64,000 bases of DNA from Calcarisporiella thermophila CBS 279.70. Its lineage: Eukaryota > Fungi > Calcarisporiellomycota. Shown one piece after another: positions 36,887-48,457 of this stretch (positions are counted from its first letter, which is position 1; every line of letters starts with the position of its first letter). The translations under genes were made by a program, and so were the position numbers. The stretch is from positions 281,288 through 345,287 of the forward strand of contig NW_027192193.1 in NCBI RefSeq assembly GCF_041956535.1. Direction: 5' to 3'. The notes beneath the pieces were generated by a model that ran no database searches, had not been told where the DNA came from, and was given only the letters and a program-made list of their open reading frames with translations.

Positions 36887-39005
36887 CTTAAGTGAGCATA
36901 TGCTAACATTTGAGTTTTACCACCATTATCTCTTAACTAATTATCGTAACCCAGCTATACTGAATTTTTATGTTTTTTTTTTTATTGCGATAATTCCTTT
37001 GCTACTTATGATATATCCTATCTCTTCTATTCTTATATATAAAGCTGGTTTTTTGAATAGCAATTATTTACAAAAATAAATATATATATTGTAAAATTCT
37101 TTGGGCAATTGGCAAATATTATAAAATCATTCTTTAGAATTTATTAGATTCCAATAAATAACTTTTGTATATATGCAATGATTCCTTGCTTAAACCTAGG
37201 TAAGTAAAGACTGATCAAATTAGACTTGGCAGAGTCAGTCATTCACGCTTTATGCCGAATAATTCGATTTATTGAGAAAGCGTCACAATACACATACGAT
37301 ATTGCCTGATTTTAGCTAATAGAGCAATTTCATACAAAGATGAGTGAGGAGTAAAAAACAAGGTAAACGAAATTAAGAATAAAGTTTCAATATAGCACAA
37401 AATCTCGATTCAAACATAGAATAGATATTACGCCGGAAAATTGTGCCAGAAAACAACAAAATAGCTAAGCAATTCCAAGTTAATAAAAATGAAACCCAAG
37501 ACTCATATCAAGAGAAAAGTGCAAGTGAGAGGTTGCCGCGGCCTATTTCCTACAAAAATTCACCAGGTGAAATCGAATAGATAACATATAGATGTAGAAA
37601 GGATGGAGAATATTTGTGTTTCTAATTTTTTTTCAAAGTATTAAACCTCTCTCCATATAAAAAATTGTGAGAAAATAAATGAAAAATCAATAATCTTTGA
37701 GGATAAAATTCGAGGAATTGCAAACGCTTTCTATCTATTTTACATGCTTCTAGTTAATATCTATTTTATTTAACCTTGCAATCTTTTATAGAGTCTGCCA
37801 AACTGTTATAAAATTAAATGTAACAAACGCTTTTATTCCCCTGATGCTTCATTGCAATCAAAATTTCGCTTCACGTAATTTTAATTATATATAACGGCAG
37901 TAAATATCCAAGTTAAATAGGCAATGAATGAAAAATTAACTCATTCCAAACCTGAGCAGATAAAAATATTGGATATAGAAATTGGAGAATCAGAGTTCCG
38001 GAAGATTCTGCGATTTTAATATACCTTTTTAAATTCGATAATTAGAGTAATACTTTTCGAATACTTTTGTATTGCCTTAAACTTCTCATCACCAAAAGTT
38101 TAATATCGAATTTATACCAGCTTATATACCAATTATATCGTGATTTCATCTTCATTATTGCAACTCTTTCGACTCCCACTCCTCGTTTCATTTCTCAGTT
38201 TGGGACTAGTTTCTTGCCAAATGCTACACGAAAAAATGGTGAGGCAAATTTAAAAGATGCTTCACCTTCGCTTGCTTACAAAGAGCAATTGAATGGCATT
38301 TCTCTTTTTTTTTTTTCATTCCAGAGATGGGATGAATAGTATACTCATTTACCAAAACACATAGATAATTCTAATCAATTATCATACCCTAAGGCAACTT
38401 GCCGTCCTACAGAGAGGTGGAAGTAATGAGTAAAGAAAAGAGATGCTTTCTGTAGTTTCTGAATTTTCTCCGGGAAATTCTAAGACGCCTGGGCTTTAGG
38501 TTTGATAATAACAAATCGCGTACTGTTCGGATAGTTGAACGATGTTGGGTTTTTAATAAGATTATATTGACAAAAAGGAAAGTAAACAGGTAGAAGGGAA
38601 AAACACAAATAAGACAAACCAAAGGAATTCAAAAGAGAGAAAACACATCCTATATATATGTTAGAATAGGAGATGATGACTAATAATGATGATAAGATAC
38701 TTGCTTATACATATTTGTATAAGTATGAAATAACCGTCGTAACACAACAACTATTCAGACTTAGATCGTGCCTGGTCGTTCTCCAACAAACGAAATATGT
38801 ATCGTCTACTTCACAAGGCTATGTCTAATTTAGTTTACAAATCATTACTTACTTTCTACTAATATGCGGTTATCTATTATATACAGACGGTACACGTCTG
38901 AATAGGGTGCAGTCGAATAAACAGCGTGGTTCAACTCCTATCCAAGAAACAAAGCGAACAGTGAAGTGTAAACTAGGTGAATATTCCTTCAGAAAATTCC
39001 TATTA

Positions 39006-39866
39006 CTATCTTTGCTTATGCTTAATTATGGCTAACTTTAAGTGCCCAAAGCTGATTTTCTTACATTGCCGAAAGCAAGGATGTTTTGTGAGTTTGTGGA
39101 CTCTTGATTTACCACGAAACTGGAAAGAAATTGTGTTTTTTCTCCAGTCAATATGGGAGCTGTGCGTCACTAGCCATGATTTTCCTAAGATGACATCGTA
39201 AATGGGAATATCTGCGATTATGAGGTCGATGAGCTGATTATAATTGTTAATCTGAAGCTGGGACTTGATTATCATGTGACTACAGGTTTGTTGTTCTCCG
39301 TTGGCGAAATAGAGTTCAAATTCAGGAGTTTTGACAGTCCTGATTTCGAGTACCTTGCTTAAATTTTGTGCCACAAAGTTGTCAGTTGCTCCACCGTCAA
39401 CAAGAGTTTTAACCGGTTTCTCGTTTAGAGTTCCGTTGTAAAACAGTAAAGTATCGTTTTGTTTAGCTATCGTCGTGTTAAGTTGCATTATACTAGTTTT
39501 ATCTTTATCTCGGTGGGCGGTTTGGTGGAGATTCAATAGAGGATATTTTTTTTCGATAGTGTGTCGATTTCCAGTAGAGTTCTCCCCCCTTCGTTGGACT
39601 CTGGCAAATCCTGAAGTAATCGCGTCTGGGTTTATATCAGCTTTCTTGGGCAGTTTTGAGCAAGTTCCATGTTCGCGGCAGTAAAAACAACGCTGCTCTT
39701 TACTGAGTTAATATTTCTCGTCTTCGCTAAGTCTCTTTTTCTTGTGCATCATGTCAAGCTCCATTGGTTTTTGTCCACTCTGGCTATATCGTGTTGTTGT
39801 CCAAGCTGGTGTCTTTGGCTTATCGTTACTGTTCCTGAAATGAACCACGTCAAATCGTTCAGACAT
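39006..39866 (-). mobile_element. Ty3/gypsy LTR retrotransposon remnant (gag C-terminus and aspartic protease)
   Basis: gag PMELD motif and CFYCREHG-LAQNCP zinc knuckle (with stop and frameshift); protease LVDGGATDNFV...YDVILGKSWL...IDW; RT and integrase absent. Confidence 0.85.
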
Positions 39867-40009
39867 TTTAATGGCACCAGAAAATTTATTAGTAAGAGGA
39901 AAATCTCGAAAATCAAAACTAGAAAGTATTTATTAAATATATTACTGGATATTATATAATAGGGGTAAGAATACGGTTGAATTAAAGGAGGAGAGGATAG
40001 TCTCAATAT

Positions 40010-41525
40010 TCACTCAAATAACCTAGCAAGAAAGTGAATTGCTATCGCGATGATGATTCCAAGCACCACTAAGACTAATTCGGAAAGAGTATTGTTAGAG
40101 AGATCGAGAAATCCATAGGTCTATACTTTTGCACATACTAAAGTAAACTGTCTCTTGGCGAAAGAAATTTTGCGATTGCTGCTGAAGTTCGACCTGTGAC
40201 TGCAGAGCGTCCAACTAAAAATAACAATTTAGGATCCAATGCACAACATGTTAACCGCGAACCGATGGACTTACTAGGGCTTCGCTCCGGTTCAGAACAT
40301 TGCTCTTCTCTCGAATCCGTCGCTGTGTGCTGGCTAGCCTGTCTAACAGCTGATGAGCGGTATTCATTGATTGCCTCATGGTTTCTGCGGTCTCTCTGGA
40401 GTTGCGCGCGAGGGACACGTTTTCATTGAGGGCTTTAATATGATCGTCGAGATCAACGAGTTTCTGAATATACGAATCCATGGTGCGAGCTTTCTCCTCG
40501 ATCTCTTTCTACAACATACATAAGAGATACTAGGTAAATATGAAGTGAAAAAAAAAACCAATCGCAGTCTGAAAATTAACTTGTAGTGAGGCAATATGCT
40601 CTTCATGATAAGTGCAGCGCTCCAAAAGGTGGTCAATTAGATCTGAAATATCTCTATCATACAGGAGAGAAAAATGAAAATAAATGGATTTGCAAAGTCT
40701 TTCTACCATTAAATTACCCTTCCTCTTCGTAGTGCTGAAGCTCTTCTGTGGTCGGACGCGCGGGGGACCGGGATCTTGACCGGTTTGGCCAGCGAAGAGG
40801 CGTTTCGACTAGAGCATTTTTCTTTGTAGCCATTTCGCCAAAAAAGCGAATCAAATTAACAAATTCTCGCTTTTCTTCTCTGGATCTCGGCTGCAATAAT
40901 AAGACATCGCCTTGTCGATCCGTTAATTGAACCAATTCGCCATCTAATCACAAAGAGCAAATTATACTACAATTAATCTAACGAATTAATTGTAATGACA
41001 CAAACCTTCATCGGTGATTTGCTCAATAGATACATGGTCAACTGTCTCAAACACTTGGCTCTCTTCATCCATGTCATTAACAATCAGCTCGACTTCATCA
41101 TATCTTACCCTTCGCCCGCGTCTATTATCTAATTCTGTTTCTTGGGTCATATTGCCACGGAAATATGCAAGACAAGCCGATTCTTTATGGGGTGGTATAG
41201 GGGTGATATTAATAAGGTGATTGTCGACCCGTATTAACAAAAATCGACGAAAAAGGTTTTGTGGAGGAACCACTTGGATGAAGATGAATGCGGGTAAAGC
41301 ATTTCTGAACTTTGGGATGGGTGGAAGGGGCGCGTGGATGCGTGCGGGAGAAAGAGGAGCTGGTGGAGAGGAAGAGGGGGAGGGAGGATGACGCGTAGGG
41401 CTTGGTGGGGTTATAATTGGGGGATTCCCAATATAGGTGCTAAATGAATGTGCAAATCGTGGAGCATTAGTGGTTGTAGGCGAAGTTGCACTTTTTTCAT
41501 TACTAGGCGGCGATGCCGTTGACAT
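40010..41525 (-). CDS. Uncharacterised tail-anchored coiled-coil protein, about 6 exons
   Basis: GT-AG introns link a Pro-rich N-terminus, a possible PH-like segment, a coiled coil and a C-terminal TM (VYFILVVLGIIIAIAIHFLARLFE*). Confidence 0.7.
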
Positions 41526-41887
41526 AACGATCAAATCCAAGAATAATAAAGGTGTCTCTATGAATATAGAGATGAGTGTGACTGCCAAGACGGCCAATGA
41601 TTAGCCACCCTCGACAAATATAAGAGTTTAATTTTCCCATCGTGAGCCGGGGGTGCCCCATTTTATTCTTATTGCGCATCTTGCCACACTGACAACTAGT
41701 GTTCGTGCTCCGCTCCAATATAGCCATAAAGCAAATTTAGCCGCATCACGGCGTTAGAAATATCGAGTAAAGTATTTAAAGGCTTGGTCAATAACGCTTA
41801 TGTTAATGACGAAGAAGCTAATGACTTTAATTTATTTGACTGTTGGCGGATAACTGAGCTCCTGTCTTATTAATTGTTTTGCAGAAT

Positions 41888-43249
41888 ATGGGCAAAGAAA
41901 AGTCGCACATTGACATTATCTTTGTTGGCCATGTCGATTCCGGAAAATCTACAACCGCCGGCCACCTTATCTATAATCTGGGTGGTATAGACGATGCCAC
42001 CCTCAGGAGATACGAGTCGGAAGCCGAAGGTTTGGGCAAGGGCTCATTCAAGTACGCGTGGGCGCTCGATAATCTCAAGGCCGAGCGAGAGCGAGGCATC
42101 ACAATTGACATTGCATTGCAAAAGTTTGAAACCTCCAAACACACGGTTACTGTTATCGATGCTCCAGGACATCGTGACTTCATAAAAAACATGATTACGG
42201 GCACCTCGCAGGCCGACTGTGCTGTGCTGGTAGTGGCTGCAGGGAATGGCGAGTTCGAAGCCGGCTTTTCTAAGGATGGCCAGACCCGTGAGCACGCCCT
42301 TCTCGCATACACGCTCGGCGTTAAGCAGCTCATAGTGGCCGTCAACAAGATGGACAACGCCAATTGGGCCGAAGACCGATACAATGAAATCGTGAATGCA
42401 GTGTCAGCCTTCCTTAAAGACATTGGATACGATCTCAAAAATGTGCTCTTTGTGCCTATTTCGGGTTACCACGGTGACAACATTACGGAGCCATCAGAAA
42501 AGACCCCGTGGTACAAGGGTTGGGAGAAAGTGACAAAAGGCGGGGTTGCCAAAGGAAAAACGCTTGTGGAAGCAATTGACGCGATTGAGTCTCCGGCACG
42601 CCCGGTGGATAAGCCTCTGCGTCTACCTCTGCAGGACGTATACAGCATTGGTGGAATAGGAACGGTTCCGGTTGGCCGCGTTGAGACTGGCTACATTGAA
42701 CCCGGAATGGTTGTTACCTTTGCACCTTCTGGTGTGTCTGGAGAGGTTCAATCTGTTGAAATGCACCATGAGCAGCTCAAAAAGGCGGTCCCTGGGGACA
42801 ATGTTGGCTTCAGCGTGAAGGGCATCCCGATGAAAGAACTTCGGCGTGGATATGTTGCCTCAGACTCGAAGAGAGATCCCGCCAAGCAAGCCCTCTCTTT
42901 CATTGCTCATGTCATCATATTGCATCACCCCGGAGAAATCACGGTGGGTTACCAACCCGTGGTAGACTGTCACACTTCGCACATCCCGTGCAAATTCACG
43001 GAGATTTTGGCGAAACTCGACCGCCGCACCGGTAAGAAGATCGAGGATAATCCCCAGAGTCTCAAGCAAGGCGATTCCGCTATCGTGAAGCTGGTCCCGT
43101 CGAAACCTATGTGCGTGGAGGCCTACACCGACTATCCTCAACTTGGCCGATTTGCCGTGCGCGACATGAAGCATACGGTAGCTGTTGGAGTGGTCAAATC
43201 GGTCGAAAAAAGTGAGGGCCCGATGAGAGAGACTGCTACAACTCACTAA
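41888..43249 (+). CDS. Divergent translation elongation factor 1-alpha (eEF1A) paralog, uninterrupted CDS
   Basis: [34 protein letters not shown], opisthokont-type insert [24 protein letters not shown]; many non-canonical substitutions; splice acceptor ttttgcag just before ATG. Confidence 0.95.
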   Translation: MGKEKSHIDIIFVGHVDSGKSTTAGHLIYNLGGIDDATLRRYESEAEGLGKGSFKYAWALDNLKAERERGITIDIALQKFETSKHTVTVIDAPGHRDFIKNMITGTSQADCAVLVVAAGNGEFEAGFSKDGQTREHALLAYTLGVKQLIVAVNKMDNANWAEDRYNEIVNAVSAFLKDIGYDLKNVLFVPISGYHGDNITEPSEKTPWYKGWEKVTKGGVAKGKTLVEAIDAIESPARPVDKPLRLPLQDVYSIGGIGTVPVGRVETGYIEPGMVVTFAPSGVSGEVQSVEMHHEQLKKAVPGDNVGFSVKGIPMKELRRGYVASDSKRDPAKQALSFIAHVIILHHPGEITVGYQPVVDCHTSHIPCKFTEILAKLDRRTGKKIEDNPQSLKQGDSAIVKLVPSKPMCVEAYTDYPQLGRFAVRDMKHTVAVGVVKSVEKSEGPMRETATTH

Positions 43250-44218
43250 AATAGTAGCTGTTAGGTTGTTAAGTAATAATTTTTGTCTTCACATCTGTGA
43301 ACATTCACTACAATCTTTGTATTCTATTATTAAAAAACGTTCACTTGGAAATTTTTGCAAAAATATGAGTAATTATGTGTTGTATGTACTTCTTTGTATA
43401 GTTTACGTTCGCATGCAACATTAAATGTAATAAATACGAGATAGGATTTTGATCATTACAAGATGGAGGTATATGGACGTTGGAAATTAGGGTTTTCTGT
43501 GGAATCTGTCAGATAAAATATAGAGGCCAAGTCCCCCCAAAAAATCACTGTGCTATACTGTGAATATTTGTGATCCCCTGTTCCGAAAAAAAAGGAAGCG
43601 TAATACAGGAGAGGATGCCAACAGTTAAATGGTGAAGGCTAATAAATAACGGGTCCGGTGAAGTTAAAGGAGGCTATCTCTCGGCAGTACCCCCCACTCA
43701 CGATAGGTGAATCGTTCACCCAGAAAGTAAGAAAACACACCCCTTTTATTATTGTTTTAACGTTATTTCCTCTATATCTTTCATATGCATACTGGGGTGA
43801 TGAGCCACAATAACCTTATTAAACCGACAATTAATTCTTGATTTGTCGGTTTGGTTAAATCCAGGGCTTTCTATATCTTTCCATGGAGATAACTATGAAC
43901 AAGAAAGCATGGTAGAGAATTGATTCCCCTTTTTATCTTACTTACCCACACATTACTATTTGTGTATGTGTGAAAGTATACTTCCACATCGTCCATGACA
44001 GACCATTTATATAGTCAATACAAGAGAGAATCTTCCGTAGACAGCTATATCAAACAAGAGCTCACATGCAGCCAATCAAACCCTTTGCTTCAGAACGAGG
44101 GGATTGGTCAGAAGCTTTAAAAACCCTAGTTTACTGAGGGATTTTCGAATTATAGCTTTACATTATAATCAATACCTCTTGAAGTGATTAATTGTGTTAT
44201 TCTGGTTCAACACCTAAA

Positions 44219-44615
44219 ATGACTCGTAAGTCTTTCCATTTTTCCACGATGAGTCAATCAAGGTAATCCAATTGACGTAAATAGGAGGCGACCAACGTGA
44301 GCGCGATCGTCTTAAGAATCTGAAGAAAAATCAAGAAAAGAGCAAAGGCAAGCGTAATGACGGGGTATCGGTAACCAAACGCAAAGAGAAGTGAGTGGGC
44401 ATATTAAAAAAATGAGGATTCAACCATAAGTTAATTTTATCCCTATATGTAGTGATGCTGAAATTATGCGAGAGAAGCAAAAGGTATGTTTGACTGAATG
44501 AAAACAATCTGCTGTGGAGGCAATTATAGGTAAAACTTTTCTGTTCTCTCCTCTTGTGGTTTTACAGAAAGCTATGGAGGCCAAGTCAGCGGCTTCAGCA
44601 ACGAAAGCAAAATAG
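44219..44615 (+). CDS. SERF/4F5 small EDRK-rich factor (4 exons; absent from ORF track)
   Basis: Exons 44219-44225, 44285-44390, 44453-44483, 44568-44615 give MTRGDQRERDRLKNLKK...RKENDAEIMREKQKKA...AK*. Confidence 0.9.
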
Positions 44616-45462
44616 CCATGTGCTATTTCTTTTAACAGTTGATTCCTTAAAGCAGCGGCGCCGTCTTGTTCACAATAACTTCATGGGTAAATTCTCTAAA
44701 GATCCTGGCTTCTCTTTCCTTGTGATATCCTAAGCTAACCTCTTCCTATTCTATCCGTCCGAACTCATTATTGTGCGCGTTTTTTTTTTTTGCAATAGTT
44801 ATGAGCAGCTCTATAATCACTTTAATTCTTATGTTTATTACACTCTCACCAAGAGTGAGATCGATTTTATATTGGAGAACTTAAGGTGAATAAAAAAATC
44901 CCTGCCACTTTGACTTGGTAAGAAATGTAGGCGGCTAGTTTCACGTCTACACTAAGGTACTCAATAGAAAAGGAATTGTAAATTAAGGATCAGCCCGAGC
45001 ATACTTGTGGCGATTATCGCATAAACTCAAGGCAATACATAACGTGTAAGCAAATCCTCCCCAATGTTCCTATTTCAAGCTAATCATCCGTGAGGGTGTA
45101 CGCAAATCCTACCCCTAGATCAAGTTCTATATCACGCTTAATACACCTTTATATATTGTAATACTATTTTATAATTCAACATATTTGTACCATCCAAACT
45201 ATATACGGACATTGCCAATAAATCTAATATATGTGAGTATGAGCGGGTACTCTCAATGTCACTCCAAAGGGTGATCGAATAAAGCAAGGATGCCTCTCCC
45301 CACCTTATTTTCTAACATTTATGCAAAACGGCCTGCTGCGAAATTTACCATTTCTATCGGACTCCTAAATCCTTTTGGCCAAATACGAAAAGAATAGTGC
45401 TATAAGAGCAGTCATTTGCCTCTCACCTTTCATCTCTCTGTCCATCTTGACTAACGACTGCT

Positions 45463-48007
45463 ATGTCAGATGCAAAATATTTTCAGAGAGGTACGTGTAT
45501 CACGCTTATAAATATGTTCCTTTTTGCTTAATAATACAACATAGCATTGCTGCAAATTCGAAGCATCATCCAAATTTCATCGATTAACAGATTTACTACT
45601 TCTCTCTCTCCTTCCATTCTATTAACAGGAAAAATCCAGGAGCTTCGTGCTGAGCTCAACTCTGACCGTCGCGATTCAAAGCATACTAACCGAAAAAATG
45701 TGATGAAGAAGATTGTTGCCAACATGACAATGGGTAACGACATGTCGCCCCTATTCCAAGACGTACTGTCATGCATGAATGTACCGGTCCTTGAAATCAA
45801 GAAGATGGTTTACCTCTACTTGATAAATTATGCACGGAGCAAGCCAGATCTGGCCGTGCTAGCATTAGATACATTCATGCGAGTAATTACGCCCCTGTAA
45901 TCGTTTTTGTTGTCTAGAAATTAATCGTTTGATAATTAGGATGTGGAAGACCCGAACCCGTTGATTCGAGCCCTCGCCATTCGTACTATGGGATACATTA
46001 ATGTTGACAAAATTCTTGATCACCTTGTTGATCCGCTTCTGAATTGCTTACGTGACCAAGACCCATACGTGCGTAAAACCGCTGCCATATGTGTTGCTAA
46101 ATTGTATATGCATGACCCACTCCTTGTAGAAAATGAGCATTTTGTTGAAATTTTAAAGGATATGTTGACGGACTCGAATCCAACGGTAAGGGATCGCTGT
46201 GGATCCTCAATACACATAAAGACCTAAGAAATCTTAATTATCGTGGATGCATGTTTTAATTGGAATAGGTCGTCTCTAATGCTATTGCTGCTTTGACTGA
46301 AATTTGCGAGCGTTCAGAGAATATTCAGTTAAAATTAAACATGCCTATTGCTAGTAAACTGGCTGCTGCTCTGAATGAATGTTCCGAGTAAGCTTCTTTT
46401 TTGTTTGATTTTGTTCATCTGACGCTGGAGCGGCTCAACCATATTCTTTTAATAGATGGGGCCAAACCTATATTCTTGAGGCATTAATGTTCTTTGTGCC
46501 CCAAGAATCGGGGGACGCTGAAATTATGGCGGAGCGCATCGCTCCTCGCTTACAGCATGCCAACTCGGGTGTAGTCTTGGCTGCAGTAAAAGTAATAATG
46601 TATCTTCTAAACTACATGAAAGAAGAAGATGTACCGGCCTTATGCAAGAAGCTGTCCCCGCCCTTAGGTAATGGCTATAGAATTCTTCTTGGAAAATAAT
46701 AATAGCCTAATATCGCTAATAATACGTGGTGGTACATTTGTATGCAGTTACCTTGCTATCCAAAGAACCAGAGGTACAATATGTCGCACTCCGCAATATT
46801 CTCCTTGTGATTCAAAAATATCCGGACGTGCTTCGCAATGATCTTCGTCTCTTCTTCTGCAAATACGACGACCCGATTTACGTGAAATTAGCCAAGCTCG
46901 AAATTATGTTTAGGCTGGCCAATGCCGAGAATGTCGAGCAGGTTTTATCCGAATTGAAAGAGTGAGCTTTTTTACAGCCATCCTCTCATACACACGGAGT
47001 GGTATGAGCATTCAAACGAAAATGCTAATTTCTGTGAGAATAGGTATGCGGTTGAGATTGACGTGGATTTTGTGCGAAAGTCGGTAAGATCAATTGGACG
47101 CTTGGCTGTGAAAATTGAGTCAGCAGCGGAGCGCTGTATTGCCACACTGTTGGAGCTTATTCAAACCAAAGTCAACTATATTGTGCAAGAAGCGATTGTT
47201 GTGATTAAGGTGATTACAAGTAGATTTTCAGCGGCCGAAGGCGACCAAGTACTCACTCTTGTGTATTTACGATAGGACATCTTTAGAAAATATCCCAACC
47301 AGTACGAGACCATCATTAGTACTCTGTGCGAAAATCTTGACTCCCTGGATGAACCCGACGCTAAAGCTGCCATGATTTGGATCATTGGCCAATATGCCGA
47401 TCGCATTGAGAACTCGCACGAGCTTCTTGACGATTTCCTGTACAACTTTCTTGAGGAACCTGTGGAAGTACAACTTGCCCTGCTCACAGCCACCGTTAAA
47501 CTTTTTATAAAGCGCCCAACAGTCGGACAGGATCTGGTGCCTAAAGTCCTGAAGTGGGCCACCGAGGAAGTGGACAATCCAGATCTCAGAGACCGTGGCT
47601 TTATTTACTGGAGACTGCTTTCCACGGATCCGGCGGCCGCGAAGGAGGTTGTGCTGAGTGATAAACCTCAAATCTCAACCGAAACGGAGCGAATGGATCC
47701 CGTAATGCTCGATGAACTTCTGTTGCATATAGCAAGCCTCTCCTCTATCTACCACAAGAGCCCGACCTCGTTTATACGCTATTCAAAGCCACGATTCTTG
47801 ATCCCTTCCCCAGTCTTACGGTACGGCAGCTCTTTGGTTGCTCAGTTACCGCCCCAGCCGACGGGGTTATTACAGGAAGAGCAACAGCAAACTCAGGAAG
47901 ATCCTTTTGGACAACCACTGGGCGTGGTGGATAACCCTTACGTGAACGACCCGGTCCTCGCAATCGCAAATGCACAACAGCAGCCGCATGATTTGCTTGG
48001 GCTTTAG
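45463..48007 (+). CDS. APL1: Clathrin adaptor beta adaptin, probably AP-2 beta, no ear domain
   Basis: [84 protein letters not shown]; 7 introns. Confidence 0.92.
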
Positions 48008-48457
48008 CTTTACCTCTTTCCCTGTGGGTTTTGAAGGGTCTTTTTTTGCTATTTAATCTTTTGATATCATTTCAAACTATATCTATCTATCTAAATATCT
48101 CTATCTATATATATTTATTCTTATAATCTATCTGTCCTTCTATTTTATTTGCTAGCTTTCTATTCAATATTTTTGTTATTTTTTAAAACTATTGCCGAAA
48201 AGGTAATAGGATATGCATTATCTTGCTAGCTATTTTCTCTAAACACCCTTGCCTTTTATTTCTTTCGCCTTTAATACACGAGAGAAAAGAAACAATTCTT
48301 TATTTATCTATAGACAAAATATAAATATCGATTGTCCCTCAAAAAAAAAAAATCCAGTGGAAAGGATCATTAGAGATGGAGTAAACACAAGAAAGATAGA
48401 GATAATGAAAAGGTAAAGTTTACATTGGATATCTCTCCTGTTTCCAATCTTACGAAA

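Noticed and set aside
37220-37805. Possible MITE terminal inverted repeats (ttggcagagtc / gagtctgccaa)
   Set aside because: Only ~10 of 11 bp match; no target-site duplication seen
41888-43249. EFL, Hbs1 or eRF3 identity, or processed pseudogene
   Set aside because: Colinear with eEF1A throughout, no EFL-type inserts or N-terminal extension seen, ORF intact, upstream splice acceptor present
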